Position numbers and translations under genes: made by a program. From NCBI GenBank assembly GCA_049582105.1, contig JBAUTG010000066.1:5661-69660 (forward strand): DNA of 64,000 bases, written 5' to 3'. A model generated the notes under the pieces. That model was not told the DNA's origin, made no database searches, and saw only the letters and a list, made by a program, of their open reading frames with translations. The stretch comes from Candidatus Dormiibacterota bacterium. Lineage in GTDB: Bacteria > Chloroflexota > Dormibacteria > Aeolococcales > Aeolococcaceae. Below, in pieces: positions 1-8,781 of this stretch; positions within the stretch are counted from its first letter, which is position 1, and each line of letters opens with the position of its first letter.

Positions 1-2
1 GA

Positions 3-107
3 GGTTGGGTCGAAATCACCGACGCCAACGCCGACTGGGTCGCCCTGGCGAACGAGGCCAATGCAATCGCGGCAGACGCCGCCAGGAAGACAGAGCAGAA
101 GCGCTGA
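3..107 (+). CDS. 3' end of an upstream gene (last 34 codons only); product unknown
   Basis: The open frame from the window edge reads GWVEITDANADWVALANEANAIAADAARKTEQKR, then TGA at 105-107. Its composition is protein-like, unlike the other frames. Confidence 0.3.
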   Translation, partial: GWVEITDANADWVALANEANAIAADAARKTEQKR

Positions 108-424
108 CCGCCCGATAACAGCGACGCCGGGGAGCGATCACCCGGTTATGAGCGTCAGCGAGCGAGGTCAGTCATCCGACGTTCGCGCAGTACGTATCGG
201 AGATCGTCCCGGGCGTCTCCAAGGGAGGATCCCGTGCGGATCGCTTGAGTCGACAGTCGACAACATCGGCCCACTGAGAGATGTGGGATCCGAAAGTCTG
301 GCCAGGTATTGATGGCGTCGCCTCGGTGTCGCGCGCTCATCGAGTTGGGCCGTCGTCGCTTGGCCACGGCCTCGCCCGTCCGGGTTGAATCCAAACTGAC
401 CACTTACGAGCCCCCAGGATCTCC

Positions 425-453
425 TTGCGCACGGCCCTCAAGATATGTATAGT
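425..453 (+). promoter_or_regulatory. sigma70-like promoter candidate for the permease/PuuE unit
   Basis: TTGCGC (425-430), 17 nt spacer, TATAGT (448-453). GAGGAG (476-481) and ATG 488 follow downstream. Confidence 0.4.
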
Positions 454-487
454 CCGCGCCAAACAGGGGTTTGTCGAGGAGTCAAGG

Positions 488-1993
488 ATGATCTCGGATC
501 CAGACGAAGTTCGGCCGCTGGCTGTCGGAAATGAGGGCGAGTCCGACCTGGCGCTGGAGTTGGAGACGCTCCACGAATCCGTCGCGCATGACTTCACGAC
601 GACGGAGGCGGGGATCGTCCCTCTCGACCGCCGCAGATCGGCGGTCACGCTCGGAGCCGTGTGGCTGGTGCTGGAGGCAGGCTGGGTCTACATCTTCACC
701 GGGTTCGCGTTGTTCCAGGCGGGGCTCAACCTTGCGGAGACTTCACTCGACCTCTTGCTTGGGGTGGCGGTCTACTTCGCCTACTCCATGGTCGCGGCCT
801 ACATCGGTTCTCGCTCGGGGCAGACGCACTCGCTCCTCTCTCGATCCATCTTTGGGATTGCGGGATCGGGGTTGATATCGCTGGTCGTCTTTATGGTGCA
901 GATGGGGTGGGCCGGCTACCAGGCGAATCTCACCGCCGCGCTCTTCGGCGGCCTCTACGGGTGGACCGCGATTCTCGCCATCGGGGTGGTACTCGGCGTC
1001 GTCATGGTCTTCAACAACCTCTTCGGTTTCACCGGTCTGGCCACGTACGCCCGGTACATCGTGTCGCCGCTCCTCATCATCTGGGTTGTCTATCTCGTCA
1101 TCCGTGGGCTCCTCGAGGGCCATGCCACAACCACTCAACCGGCGGCCGTCGCTCCTCTGACCCAATTCGCAGCGATTGGGACAGTGATTGGTGCCGCGGT
1201 CTGGGGCGCTGAGCCAGATTACTGGCGATATGGCAAGCCGAAGTTCTGGTTCCCATCGCTCCCCCTGGCGTTTGCCTTGATCGTCGGCCTGTTCCTGAGC
1301 GGCCTGGCAGGCTGGACGATCGCCAATCTATCGCCAAGTCTCGATTTTGGGCCTGCGGTGGGTACCGCCACGCACCTGTCGCTGTTTGGGTTGACGTGGC
1401 TTGCATTCATCGTGATCCTCATCACGCAGGTGGGGATCAACGACGGCAACTACTATGAGTCGATCAACGCAATTCAGAACCTGCTCGGCGGAGTCAGGCG
1501 CTGGAAGCGGATCTACAGCGCGTTGATCTGCACAGCGGGGGCAGGCCTCGCCGCCTGGGTCATCCCATATGTGATCTCGAACGGCTTCTACAAGCTGGCC
1601 GCGTTCACGGCAATCGGTGTCCCATCGGCAACCATGATCATGGCGGTCGATCACTTCGTGTTGCCTCGCCTGTTTCGCATCTCGCGACCGCTTGATCGCA
1701 TACCCACCTGGAGCGAGGCCGGGAAGATCAACTGGGCAGCTGTTTTCGCCTTGGTGGTTAGCGTCACGTTTGGCTCGTTCGCCACTGGGCTCCTCGGAAA
1801 CAATGTCAACTACTGGGGCTTGGCACCTGTGGAGACCTGGATCGCGGCGGGCGCCATCTACGTGCTGGCGGTTTGGGTGACTCGAGCGCTGCGCCCAGAT
1901 GTCCGCTCGGTCCTGGGCTTTAGCAGCACCATCACGCAGGCGGAAGCCGATAGCGGATTGGCGGTCGACATCGGAGCACCGCAGGCTGCGTAA
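488..1993 (+). CDS. NCS1-family (purine-cytosine / allantoin / hydantoin type) permease
   Basis: ORF 425-1993 is a polytopic hydrophobic protein of about 500 aa with CodB/NCS1-like sequence. I moved the start to ATG 488 because it sits behind GAGGAG, whereas the listed TTG 425 coincides with the putative -35 box. Confidence 0.75.
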   Translation: MISDPDEVRPLAVGNEGESDLALELETLHESVAHDFTTTEAGIVPLDRRRSAVTLGAVWLVLEAGWVYIFTGFALFQAGLNLAETSLDLLLGVAVYFAYSMVAAYIGSRSGQTHSLLSRSIFGIAGSGLISLVVFMVQMGWAGYQANLTAALFGGLYGWTAILAIGVVLGVVMVFNNLFGFTGLATYARYIVSPLLIIWVVYLVIRGLLEGHATTTQPAAVAPLTQFAAIGTVIGAAVWGAEPDYWRYGKPKFWFPSLPLAFALIVGLFLSGLAGWTIANLSPSLDFGPAVGTATHLSLFGLTWLAFIVILITQVGINDGNYYESINAIQNLLGGVRRWKRIYSALICTAGAGLAAWVIPYVISNGFYKLAAFTAIGVPSATMIMAVDHFVLPRLFRISRPLDRIPTWSEAGKINWAAVFALVVSVTFGSFATGLLGNNVNYWGLAPVETWIAAGAIYVLAVWVTRALRPDVRSVLGFSSTITQAEADSGLAVDIGAPQAA

Positions 1994-2034
1994 AGCGCAA
2001 CCGAAGATCAGCGGCTACTAGCAGGAGCTCCCTC

Positions 2035-2991
2035 GTGAACGAGCAGTTTTTTGCGAAGTCAGACCGATCTGTAGTCGGCGGTCCTCGAGAGATCGTTGGA
2101 TACGGCGAACACCCCCCTCACATCGAATGGCCAAACGGAGCCAAGGTGGCGGTGCAGATCGTCATCAACTATGAGGAAGGCTCCGAAAAGACATACGCAA
2201 TGGGGGACAACGTCAACGACATCATGGGTGAGTTGCCCTGGGTCGTTGAGGGTCAGCGGGACATGGCCGTCGAATCGATCTACGAGTACGGGTCCCGGGC
2301 CGGGATATGGCGACTGCTCCGCGTCTTTGACCAAGCGGCAGTTCCTGTGACCTTCTTCGCGACAGCAGTGGCTTTCCAACGGAATCCTGAGGTCGCGCGC
2401 AAGGCGGTGAGTCGCGGTGATGAGATTGCGGCCCACGGCTATCGATGGTCGAACCAATTCGAGATGACTCGTGACGAGGAACGTGAGGCGATCCGGCTCG
2501 CCGTGGCGTCGCTGACCTCGACGCTCGGCCATCGCCCGGTCGGCTGGTACTCGCGTGAGATGAGCGTCAATACTCGCGAGCTCGTGGTCGAGGAGGGGGG
2601 ATTCGAGTATGACTCCGAGTGTTACAACGACGACCTCCCATACTGGACTCTCGTACACAGCAAACCCCATCTCGTCGTGCCGTATACGCTCACGGTGAAC
2701 GACGTGCGCTACGTGCTCGGCACCGGATACGGCAGTCCTGAGCACTTCTTTGAATCCGCGCGAGCCGAACTTGACCGGCTGCGTCATGATGGCGACGACG
2801 TCAACCGAATGATGTCAATCGGACTGCACCCCCGCATCAGTGGCAGGCCGTCTCGGTCCGACGGCATTGCACGTTTTGTTGACTATGCGCAGTCGGTCGG
2901 GGACGTCTGGATCGCGAGGCGCGTGGACATAGCTCGAACATTCCGTGACCAATACCCCGCAGCACGAGCGTTCCCAGACGCGAAGGCCTAG
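2035..2991 (+). CDS. puuE: PuuE-type polysaccharide-deacetylase-family amidohydrolase (allantoinase PuuE-like)
   Basis: The 318-aa protein carries strings typical of PuuE / urate catabolism protein: VINYEEGSE, YEYGSRAGIWRLLRVF, HGYRW, GWYSRE, YNDDLPYW, MSIGLHPRISGRP. A GCAGGAG RBS sits 7 nt before GTG 2035. Confidence 0.8.
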   Translation: MNEQFFAKSDRSVVGGPREIVGYGEHPPHIEWPNGAKVAVQIVINYEEGSEKTYAMGDNVNDIMGELPWVVEGQRDMAVESIYEYGSRAGIWRLLRVFDQAAVPVTFFATAVAFQRNPEVARKAVSRGDEIAAHGYRWSNQFEMTRDEEREAIRLAVASLTSTLGHRPVGWYSREMSVNTRELVVEEGGFEYDSECYNDDLPYWTLVHSKPHLVVPYTLTVNDVRYVLGTGYGSPEHFFESARAELDRLRHDGDDVNRMMSIGLHPRISGRPSRSDGIARFVDYAQSVGDVWIARRVDIARTFRDQYPAARAFPDAKA

Positions 2992-3018
2992 CCGGCTCAA
3001 CGTCATCGCCGGAGTCGC

Positions 3019-3765
3019 TCATCGACCAGAGGATCGAGCCTTCCACTCAAGCGCGGTCTGAATCACGGCTCGGGCGACGACTGCGGACGGATCCACCCCG
3101 ATCCCTCGCCAAATGGAATCGTCCTCGGGTGCGATCAGCGGAAGCTCGGTACACGCCAGGAGCACAGATTGAGCGCCGCGCTCGATCATGTCCGCGGCGA
3201 CGATCCCCAGGTCGTCGCGAGCGCCGGCGGACGGGTGGCCGCCCTTCACCGCGTAGATCGCGCTCATGATGACGGCTTGCTCACCGGGGTTGGGAGAGAT
3301 CGCCGTTGCCCCTGCGTGTCCGAGTGCCACTTGATACACGCCTGACGACAATGTTCCGGTGGTGGCGAGGATGCCAACGCGCGTCTTACCACCATCAACA
3401 GCAGCAGCTGTGGCAAGGCCGATCCAATCAACCACTTCGAGACCAGCGTTCTCCGCCAGCTCAACGCGAAACACGTTGGCGGTGTTGCAGGGAATCACCG
3501 CAAAGGCGCACCCGGCGCGCCGCAAACGCTCGAGGCCGAGAATCATCGCCGGGCGTGGATCCTCGCCTCGCCCCAGCAAGAACTCCGTGCGGTCGGGTAT
3601 CTGCGGAAAGGAATCGATGACCACGTGAAGATGCTCTTGATCGTTTCTGGCGCCGGTCATCCTGATGAGGAGCTCGTAGAATGCCGCAGTCGCGCTCGGT
3701 CCCATTCCGCCCAAAATGCCCACGATCGGATCCCCCATGGAGTCCGATTCGGCCTCAGCTGCCAT
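3019..3765 (-). CDS. aspartate/glutamate-racemase-family protein (aspartate racemase type)
   Basis: Contains GILGGMGPSATAAFY near the N-terminus and the two catalytic Cys motifs IPCNTA and LACTELP. The start was set to an internal ATG (3765, or 3738), because the 5' 78 codons of ORF 3019-3999 are not family-like. Confidence 0.8.
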   Translation of the reverse strand: MAAEAESDSMGDPIVGILGGMGPSATAAFYELLIRMTGARNDQEHLHVVIDSFPQIPDRTEFLLGRGEDPRPAMILGLERLRRAGCAFAVIPCNTANVFRVELAENAGLEVVDWIGLATAAAVDGGKTRVGILATTGTLSSGVYQVALGHAGATAISPNPGEQAVIMSAIYAVKGGHPSAGARDDLGIVAADMIERGAQSVLLACTELPLIAPEDDSIWRGIGVDPSAVVARAVIQTALEWKARSSGR

Positions 3766-3893
3766 TGAGCGACTCACGAGGGGTTGGAACTCGCGATAGC
3801 TGCAGCGGCCGGTGGTATAATTGCGCCGTCCGAGCCCCCAAATCCCTTTGACCGCCGACGCCTTTGGGGGCAATTCTGCGACGTGGGGAACGC

Positions 3894-4892
3894 GTGAACA
3901 ATTCAGTTGCTGGAAGCCGAACATTGCTGTATTTGTCCAATGCCGATGTGGTGTCCATTGGGCCGACCATGGCCGAGACGATACCGTTGATCGAGTCAAT
4001 TCTCAAGGCGCGTGGTCGCGGTGAGTTGATCATGCCGCCGAAGGTCCCGATGTTTGCGTCACCATCCAATTGGTATCACGCACAACTCTCGTACTCGCCA
4101 TCGATGCGTCGCGGCGCCATCAAGTGGCAGTCGGGTTATCCAAGCAACCTGGGCATAGGTCTTCCCTCGATCATGGGTCTGCTCATCCTCAATGACGGAG
4201 CCACTGGGGCGCCCTTGGCGGTGATGGAGAGTGGCTGGCTCACCGCTCAACGAACCGGCGCGGTCAGCGGAGTTACGGCGCGCGCGCTCGGGAGAACCGA
4301 GGCACGAAGCGTCGCGCTTCTCGGCTGCGGCAAGCAGGCAATCACGCAGTTGGAAGCGTTGAGCGAGGCGCTGCCATTGATTGAGGCGATATATCTCTAC
4401 GATGTCGATCCTCAGGCGGCTCATCGCTTCGAGGAGTGGGGAGCCGGCAAATTCGCGCGCTTGCATTTTCATGTGCTGGACAACGCGAGAGACGCGGTAG
4501 GGGCAGCCGACATAGTCGTCACGATGGGCCCGATCGTCACCGGCGCGAGACGGCCCATCGAAGCCGACTGGTTGCAAGCCGGCGCTCTCGGGCTCCCATT
4601 GGACTATGACTGCTATTGGAGTGCTGCGGCACTTCGGGCGGTCGACCGCTACTTCGTCGATGACGTTCAGCAATACAACGGATATCGGACATATGGAGAG
4701 TTCTTTCAGGACGATGTCCCCGTTGTCGGTGACCTGCCTAACGTTCTGGTCGGCAACGTAGCCGGACGGGAAACAGATCAACAGCGAATCATCTCGATGA
4801 ACCTGGGGCTCGCAGTGGAGGATCTGGCTATGGCCGTTGAAATCGCGCGTCGAGCAGAGGCGGCTTCAGTTGGACAACGGCTACCGCTGTAG
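3894..4892 (+). CDS. ornithine cyclodeaminase / mu-crystallin family NAD(P) enzyme (copy 1)
   Basis: Family-like N-terminus LLYLSNADVVSIGPTMAETIPLIESIL, Rossmann motif LLGCGKQA, about 330 aa. The start is GTG 3894 (GGGGA upstream) or TTG 3924. Confidence 0.8.
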   Translation: MNNSVAGSRTLLYLSNADVVSIGPTMAETIPLIESILKARGRGELIMPPKVPMFASPSNWYHAQLSYSPSMRRGAIKWQSGYPSNLGIGLPSIMGLLILNDGATGAPLAVMESGWLTAQRTGAVSGVTARALGRTEARSVALLGCGKQAITQLEALSEALPLIEAIYLYDVDPQAAHRFEEWGAGKFARLHFHVLDNARDAVGAADIVVTMGPIVTGARRPIEADWLQAGALGLPLDYDCYWSAAALRAVDRYFVDDVQQYNGYRTYGEFFQDDVPVVGDLPNVLVGNVAGRETDQQRIISMNLGLAVEDLAMAVEIARRAEAASVGQRLPL

Positions 4893-4902
4893 GACGGTCG
4901 CC

Positions 4903-6201
4903 GTGCCACCTCCCAAAGCCGCCGAGCCTCCGCAGTCAACCGACAGCTTTGGCAACGCCTTCTCGCCGGGACTGCCGTATGCGAGAGGAGCCATCCTCAA
5001 CAGCGGCGAAGCCGAGTTCCTCAAGCTCGCGCAAGCGCGCAGTCACATTCGGCAGAGGGTTCTCCGCGGCGGTCGGGACGCCATCTTTGACATCTCGGGC
5101 CTGGAGCGAGGAATGCCACCAGGCGATCTGGACGTTTACAGCGACGAACTGAGCTCCGCCGTGCACGGGCAGCGCCTGCGTGAGCTTGCGCTAGAGCACC
5201 TTGGCGGGGACACATCCGCGCACGACATCCTCGTCTGCAATCGCCAGTCGGCGGCGCTCTTTGCGGCCTTGATGGTGATGGTCACATCAACCACCACGGT
5301 CGTCGGCTTCTCCCCAAGCTATTCACATCCAGCTGTGACGCGCCCCGTTCGATTCCTTGGTGCGCGATTTGTGGATACGAACGCGATCGGTGACTTTGAG
5401 TCGGCGATCGATGAGGCGAGCGACCCCGTCGTCGCGGTGCTGACACGGCTTCCAGTTTCCTATGCGGGAGTCATGTCGCTCGACGACCTCCAGGCGGCCG
5501 TCAGCCTGTGTCAGCGCCGGGGGATCCCGATCCTGGTCGACGATGCCGGAGGTGCACGCGTGGCGCCGGCCGTCTTCGGACAGCCGCGTTCGCTCCAGTT
5601 GGGGGTCGATGTCGCGACAACCGGTCTCGACAAGTACGGCACGGTAGGCCCTCGACTGGGGCTGATGGGTGGGCGAAAGGATTTGGTTGCAGCGATAACC
5701 ACCACTGCGTTTCAGTACGGACTCGAGGCACGTCCGATGCTCTATGCAGCGGTGATCCGATCGTTGGAGCAATACGATGAGGCGCGCGTGCGCGAGTTGA
5801 CCACCGCGACGCTTCGCCTGGGCGAGGCGCTGCATGAGCGCCTGGGATCGTCCGTTACGCAAACCCCGGTGGCGGTCAAGATCGAGGCGGACAATCTCCT
5901 CGCACTGGTTCTCGCGCGTTACGGGGAGACGGCGCCGCCGATCGTTCCCTATGAAGCCACTGCCGCAGTCGCGATGCTGCTGCTGCGTGACCACGGCATG
6001 CTCACCGTCCACTTCGCCGGCGTTCCCCCTGGAACCGCCGCGCTCCTGTTCAAGTTCACGCCACCCGAGGTGCTGGATCGCTTGGGAGGCGTCACGAAGA
6101 TTGCCGGCTTCGTGGACGCGGCCATCGACCAGGTTGCTGAGATGTTGCACGATCCAGACGCCATTCGTGAGTTGCTTGTCGGCGGTGGCGCATCGAATTG
6201 A
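4903..6201 (+). CDS. SelA/DgaE-like fold-type-I PLP-dependent enzyme, function unknown
   Basis: The motif TTGLDKYGTVGPRLGLMGGRKDLV resembles the SGDK..GGP.aG..G.k PLP-lysine region of SelA / D-glucosaminate-6-P ammonia-lyase. The start was placed at GTG 4903, after the upstream stop (4892) and behind AGGA. Confidence 0.6.
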   Translation: MPPPKAAEPPQSTDSFGNAFSPGLPYARGAILNSGEAEFLKLAQARSHIRQRVLRGGRDAIFDISGLERGMPPGDLDVYSDELSSAVHGQRLRELALEHLGGDTSAHDILVCNRQSAALFAALMVMVTSTTTVVGFSPSYSHPAVTRPVRFLGARFVDTNAIGDFESAIDEASDPVVAVLTRLPVSYAGVMSLDDLQAAVSLCQRRGIPILVDDAGGARVAPAVFGQPRSLQLGVDVATTGLDKYGTVGPRLGLMGGRKDLVAAITTTAFQYGLEARPMLYAAVIRSLEQYDEARVRELTTATLRLGEALHERLGSSVTQTPVAVKIEADNLLALVLARYGETAPPIVPYEATAAVAMLLLRDHGMLTVHFAGVPPGTAALLFKFTPPEVLDRLGGVTKIAGFVDAAIDQVAEMLHDPDAIRELLVGGGASN

Positions 6202-6302
6202 CGTCCTGAGGGAGTGTTGGCAGGCTCCGATGATCAACCGCCTGGACCCTCGGGGTATTGGGACTCGTTCTCGCTGAAGGATCGGTACCGAGGAGTGTGG
6301 TT

Positions 6303-7706
6303 ATGCTCGACCTTCTAATAACGGGTGGCGAGGTTGCGTCGTCCGCCTCCGTCTCGCGCCTCGACGTGGGTGTCCAGGACGGCAGGATTGCATTCCTCGC
6401 GACGCCGGGGATCTTCGACGGGACTGCGGCTCGAACCATTGACGCCACCGGCAAGTTCGTCGTGCCGGGAGGCGTGGATGCGCATGTTCATTTCAGCACG
6501 CCCTGGGGCCAGACCATGCTGAGCCAATCTGCAACATCGGGCGGACGAGCCGCAGCCTTTGGCGGAACCACCACCTTCATCGACTTTGCCGCGCAACACG
6601 ACGCCGGAAGTCTTCTCGATGCGATCTCGGCCAAACGTGATGAGCTGAAGGGAGGCAAGCCCAGCGTCGATTACGCCCTCCACGCCATGATCACCGGTCA
6701 GAGCACTCTTGAGGTGCTGGATGAGATGCCAGATGCCATCAAGGAGGGCATCACGTCGTTCAAGATGTATACGACGTTCTCATCCACCTCAGACGGAACG
6801 ACAGGTCTGTATTCAGACGACGGAAGAATCTGGGGTGTGATGTCACAGGCAGCCCGTCTGGGTGGCATTGTGATGGTCCATTGCGAAGACGATTCCCTCA
6901 TTGCCCACAACATCCATTGCCTCTACCGCGACGGTCAGCAGCAGACAACGAACATGTCCAAGGCGAGAACCGGCCTGGCTGAGGAAGCGGCGATCCGGCG
7001 GATGCTGCTGCTGTCTCGGCGGTCCAACGCTCCGCTGTATGTGTGCCACATCTCGTCGCGGTTCGGAATGGAAGCGCTTGCTGAGGCACGCGACGCGCAC
7101 ACTCCCGCCTTCGGCGAGGTCTTGCACAACAACTTGAGCTACACATCGGTGGAGTACGAGCGACCGGATGGCATGCTCTATCATTGTTATCCGGGGTTGA
7201 AGCCGGAGGACGACCAGAAGGCGCTCTGGGAAGGGGTCGCCGATGGGGTCGTCGATACGGTCTCGTCTGACGAATTCACTCTGTCGAGGGCCGAGAAGCT
7301 CGAGGGAGCGACCGTTGACACGGCAACCGGAGGCCACAACGGAATTGAAACGCGTCTCGGCGTCTTCTACTCGGGTGCGGTCACGCAGCGATCGCTCTCG
7401 TTGCGGCGCTTTGTCGAACTCACCTCCGAAGGGCCTGCGAGGCTCTTCGGGTTGTATCCGCGAAAGGGAGTCATTGCACCGGGAAGCGACGCAGACATCG
7501 TGCTGCTCGATCCAAAAGCAGCCAGGACGATTCGTCAGAGCGATCTGCACTCCGCGTGCGACTACAGCATCTGGGACGGCTGGGAGTGCGCCGGATATCC
7601 TTCGACGACGATCCTTCGCGGCAACGTTTTGGTGGAAGATGGCCAGTGGGTCGGAACAGAGGGGCTGGGCGACTTCCTGCGCTGCACATCGCCGAACGAG
7701 CCATGA
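6303..7706 (+). CDS. cyclic amidohydrolase (D-hydantoinase / dihydropyrimidinase family), paralog 1
   Basis: Metal ligands are present: GGVDAHVHF (HxH), SFKMY (carbamylated Lys), MVHCED, YVCHIS, VSSDEF. The start is at MLDLLITGG (ATG 6303). Confidence 0.85.
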   Translation: MLDLLITGGEVASSASVSRLDVGVQDGRIAFLATPGIFDGTAARTIDATGKFVVPGGVDAHVHFSTPWGQTMLSQSATSGGRAAAFGGTTTFIDFAAQHDAGSLLDAISAKRDELKGGKPSVDYALHAMITGQSTLEVLDEMPDAIKEGITSFKMYTTFSSTSDGTTGLYSDDGRIWGVMSQAARLGGIVMVHCEDDSLIAHNIHCLYRDGQQQTTNMSKARTGLAEEAAIRRMLLLSRRSNAPLYVCHISSRFGMEALAEARDAHTPAFGEVLHNNLSYTSVEYERPDGMLYHCYPGLKPEDDQKALWEGVADGVVDTVSSDEFTLSRAEKLEGATVDTATGGHNGIETRLGVFYSGAVTQRSLSLRRFVELTSEGPARLFGLYPRKGVIAPGSDADIVLLDPKAARTIRQSDLHSACDYSIWDGWECAGYPSTTILRGNVLVEDGQWVGTEGLGDFLRCTSPNEP

Positions 7707-8764
7707 CTTCGATGTCACTCGGCAGCGCAGCGTCGTCCGAGGATGTCGGGAACCGGCGCGGTGAGGGCGAGGTGCCCCGTGTCGGCGTGATCTTCACAGG
7801 CGGATCAATCGATTGCCTTGGCACCGACCGTCTTGATCTCGCCTGGTACGTCGAGACGGGGCAACGGCTCGAGAACCACCAACTGCTCGAGCGCATACCC
7901 GAGGTCGTTCAGATCGCCGAGGTGCACGAGCTTCCATTCAGAAAGTTGCCCAGCCATGGCTTGTCAGGTGCCGATTGGCTTCAACTGGCTGAGGTCGTCT
8001 CCGCATCTCTGGAGAACGAGAACATGGCTGGCGCGGTGATCACGCATGGCACAAACACCCTCGAGGAGACGGCGTACTTCCTCCATCTTGTCCTCAACTC
8101 AGAAAAGCCAGTGGTCCTCACGGGATCAATGCGTCCGCCGTCCGGGCTGAGCCCTGACGGGGATCTGAATCTGCTGAATGCGATCCGCGTGGCGGCGAGC
8201 CCATCCGCCCGACATCGCGGTGTGCTCATCGTCCTCAACGACACGATCCACTCCGCACGTGACGTGACCAAGAGCTCGACCATGAGGGTCGATACGTTTC
8301 AAGACCGCGAACTCGGCCCCTTGGGTTTCGCCGATCCAGATGGAAACGTCGTCTTTTACCACGATGTTCTGAAACGGCACACGGTGAGCAGCGACTTTGG
8401 CATCGGCGATGTCGATGCTCTCCCGAGGGTCGACATCGTCCTCTCGTACGTTGGGGCGGATGAAGTCATGATCGATGCAGCTGTGTCGCACGGCGCTCGA
8501 GGCATAGTCTGCGCTGCTTATGGAGCTGGGTATCTCGGTCCGGCCCAAGAGACAGCCCTCGAAGCTGCGCGTCGGTCGGGGGTGGCTATCTGCATCGCAA
8601 GTCGCGTTGGATCCGGTCGTGTCGTCCGAAGCCCAAGTATCGCCACACGAGGATTCATCGCGGCGGGCAACCTCCTCCCGTGGAAGGCTCGATTGCTGTT
8701 GAGCCTGGCGCTGACTCGCACCAAGAATACGAGCGACATCCAAGCAATATTCGACACCTACTGA
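7703..8764 (+). CDS. L-asparaginase/glutaminase family protein, copy 1
   Basis: Motifs FTGGSID and THGTNTLEETAYFL match the asparaginase signatures. ATG 7703 overlaps the hydantoinase stop (ATGA). Confidence 0.85.
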   Translation: MTSMSLGSAASSEDVGNRRGEGEVPRVGVIFTGGSIDCLGTDRLDLAWYVETGQRLENHQLLERIPEVVQIAEVHELPFRKLPSHGLSGADWLQLAEVVSASLENENMAGAVITHGTNTLEETAYFLHLVLNSEKPVVLTGSMRPPSGLSPDGDLNLLNAIRVAASPSARHRGVLIVLNDTIHSARDVTKSSTMRVDTFQDRELGPLGFADPDGNVVFYHDVLKRHTVSSDFGIGDVDALPRVDIVLSYVGADEVMIDAAVSHGARGIVCAAYGAGYLGPAQETALEAARRSGVAICIASRVGSGRVVRSPSIATRGFIAAGNLLPWKARLLLSLALTRTKNTSDIQAIFDTY

Positions 8765-8781
8765 AGTCGAGGAGTTCCGAC

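Noticed and set aside
61-648. ORFs 61-312 (+), 155-403 (-) and 337-648 (-) in the first 650 nt
   Set aside because: None has a recognisable motif, RBS or convincing composition. The region between the upstream gene end (107) and the permease promoter (425) is left unannotated; I cannot exclude a small regulator.
4903-6201. SelA-like gene as evidence of a selenocysteine system
   Set aside because: There is no selB, selD or tRNA-Sec, and no in-frame TGA/SECIS-like context in the window. The neighbourhood is catabolic, so a DgaE-like lyase or aminotransferase role is more plausible.
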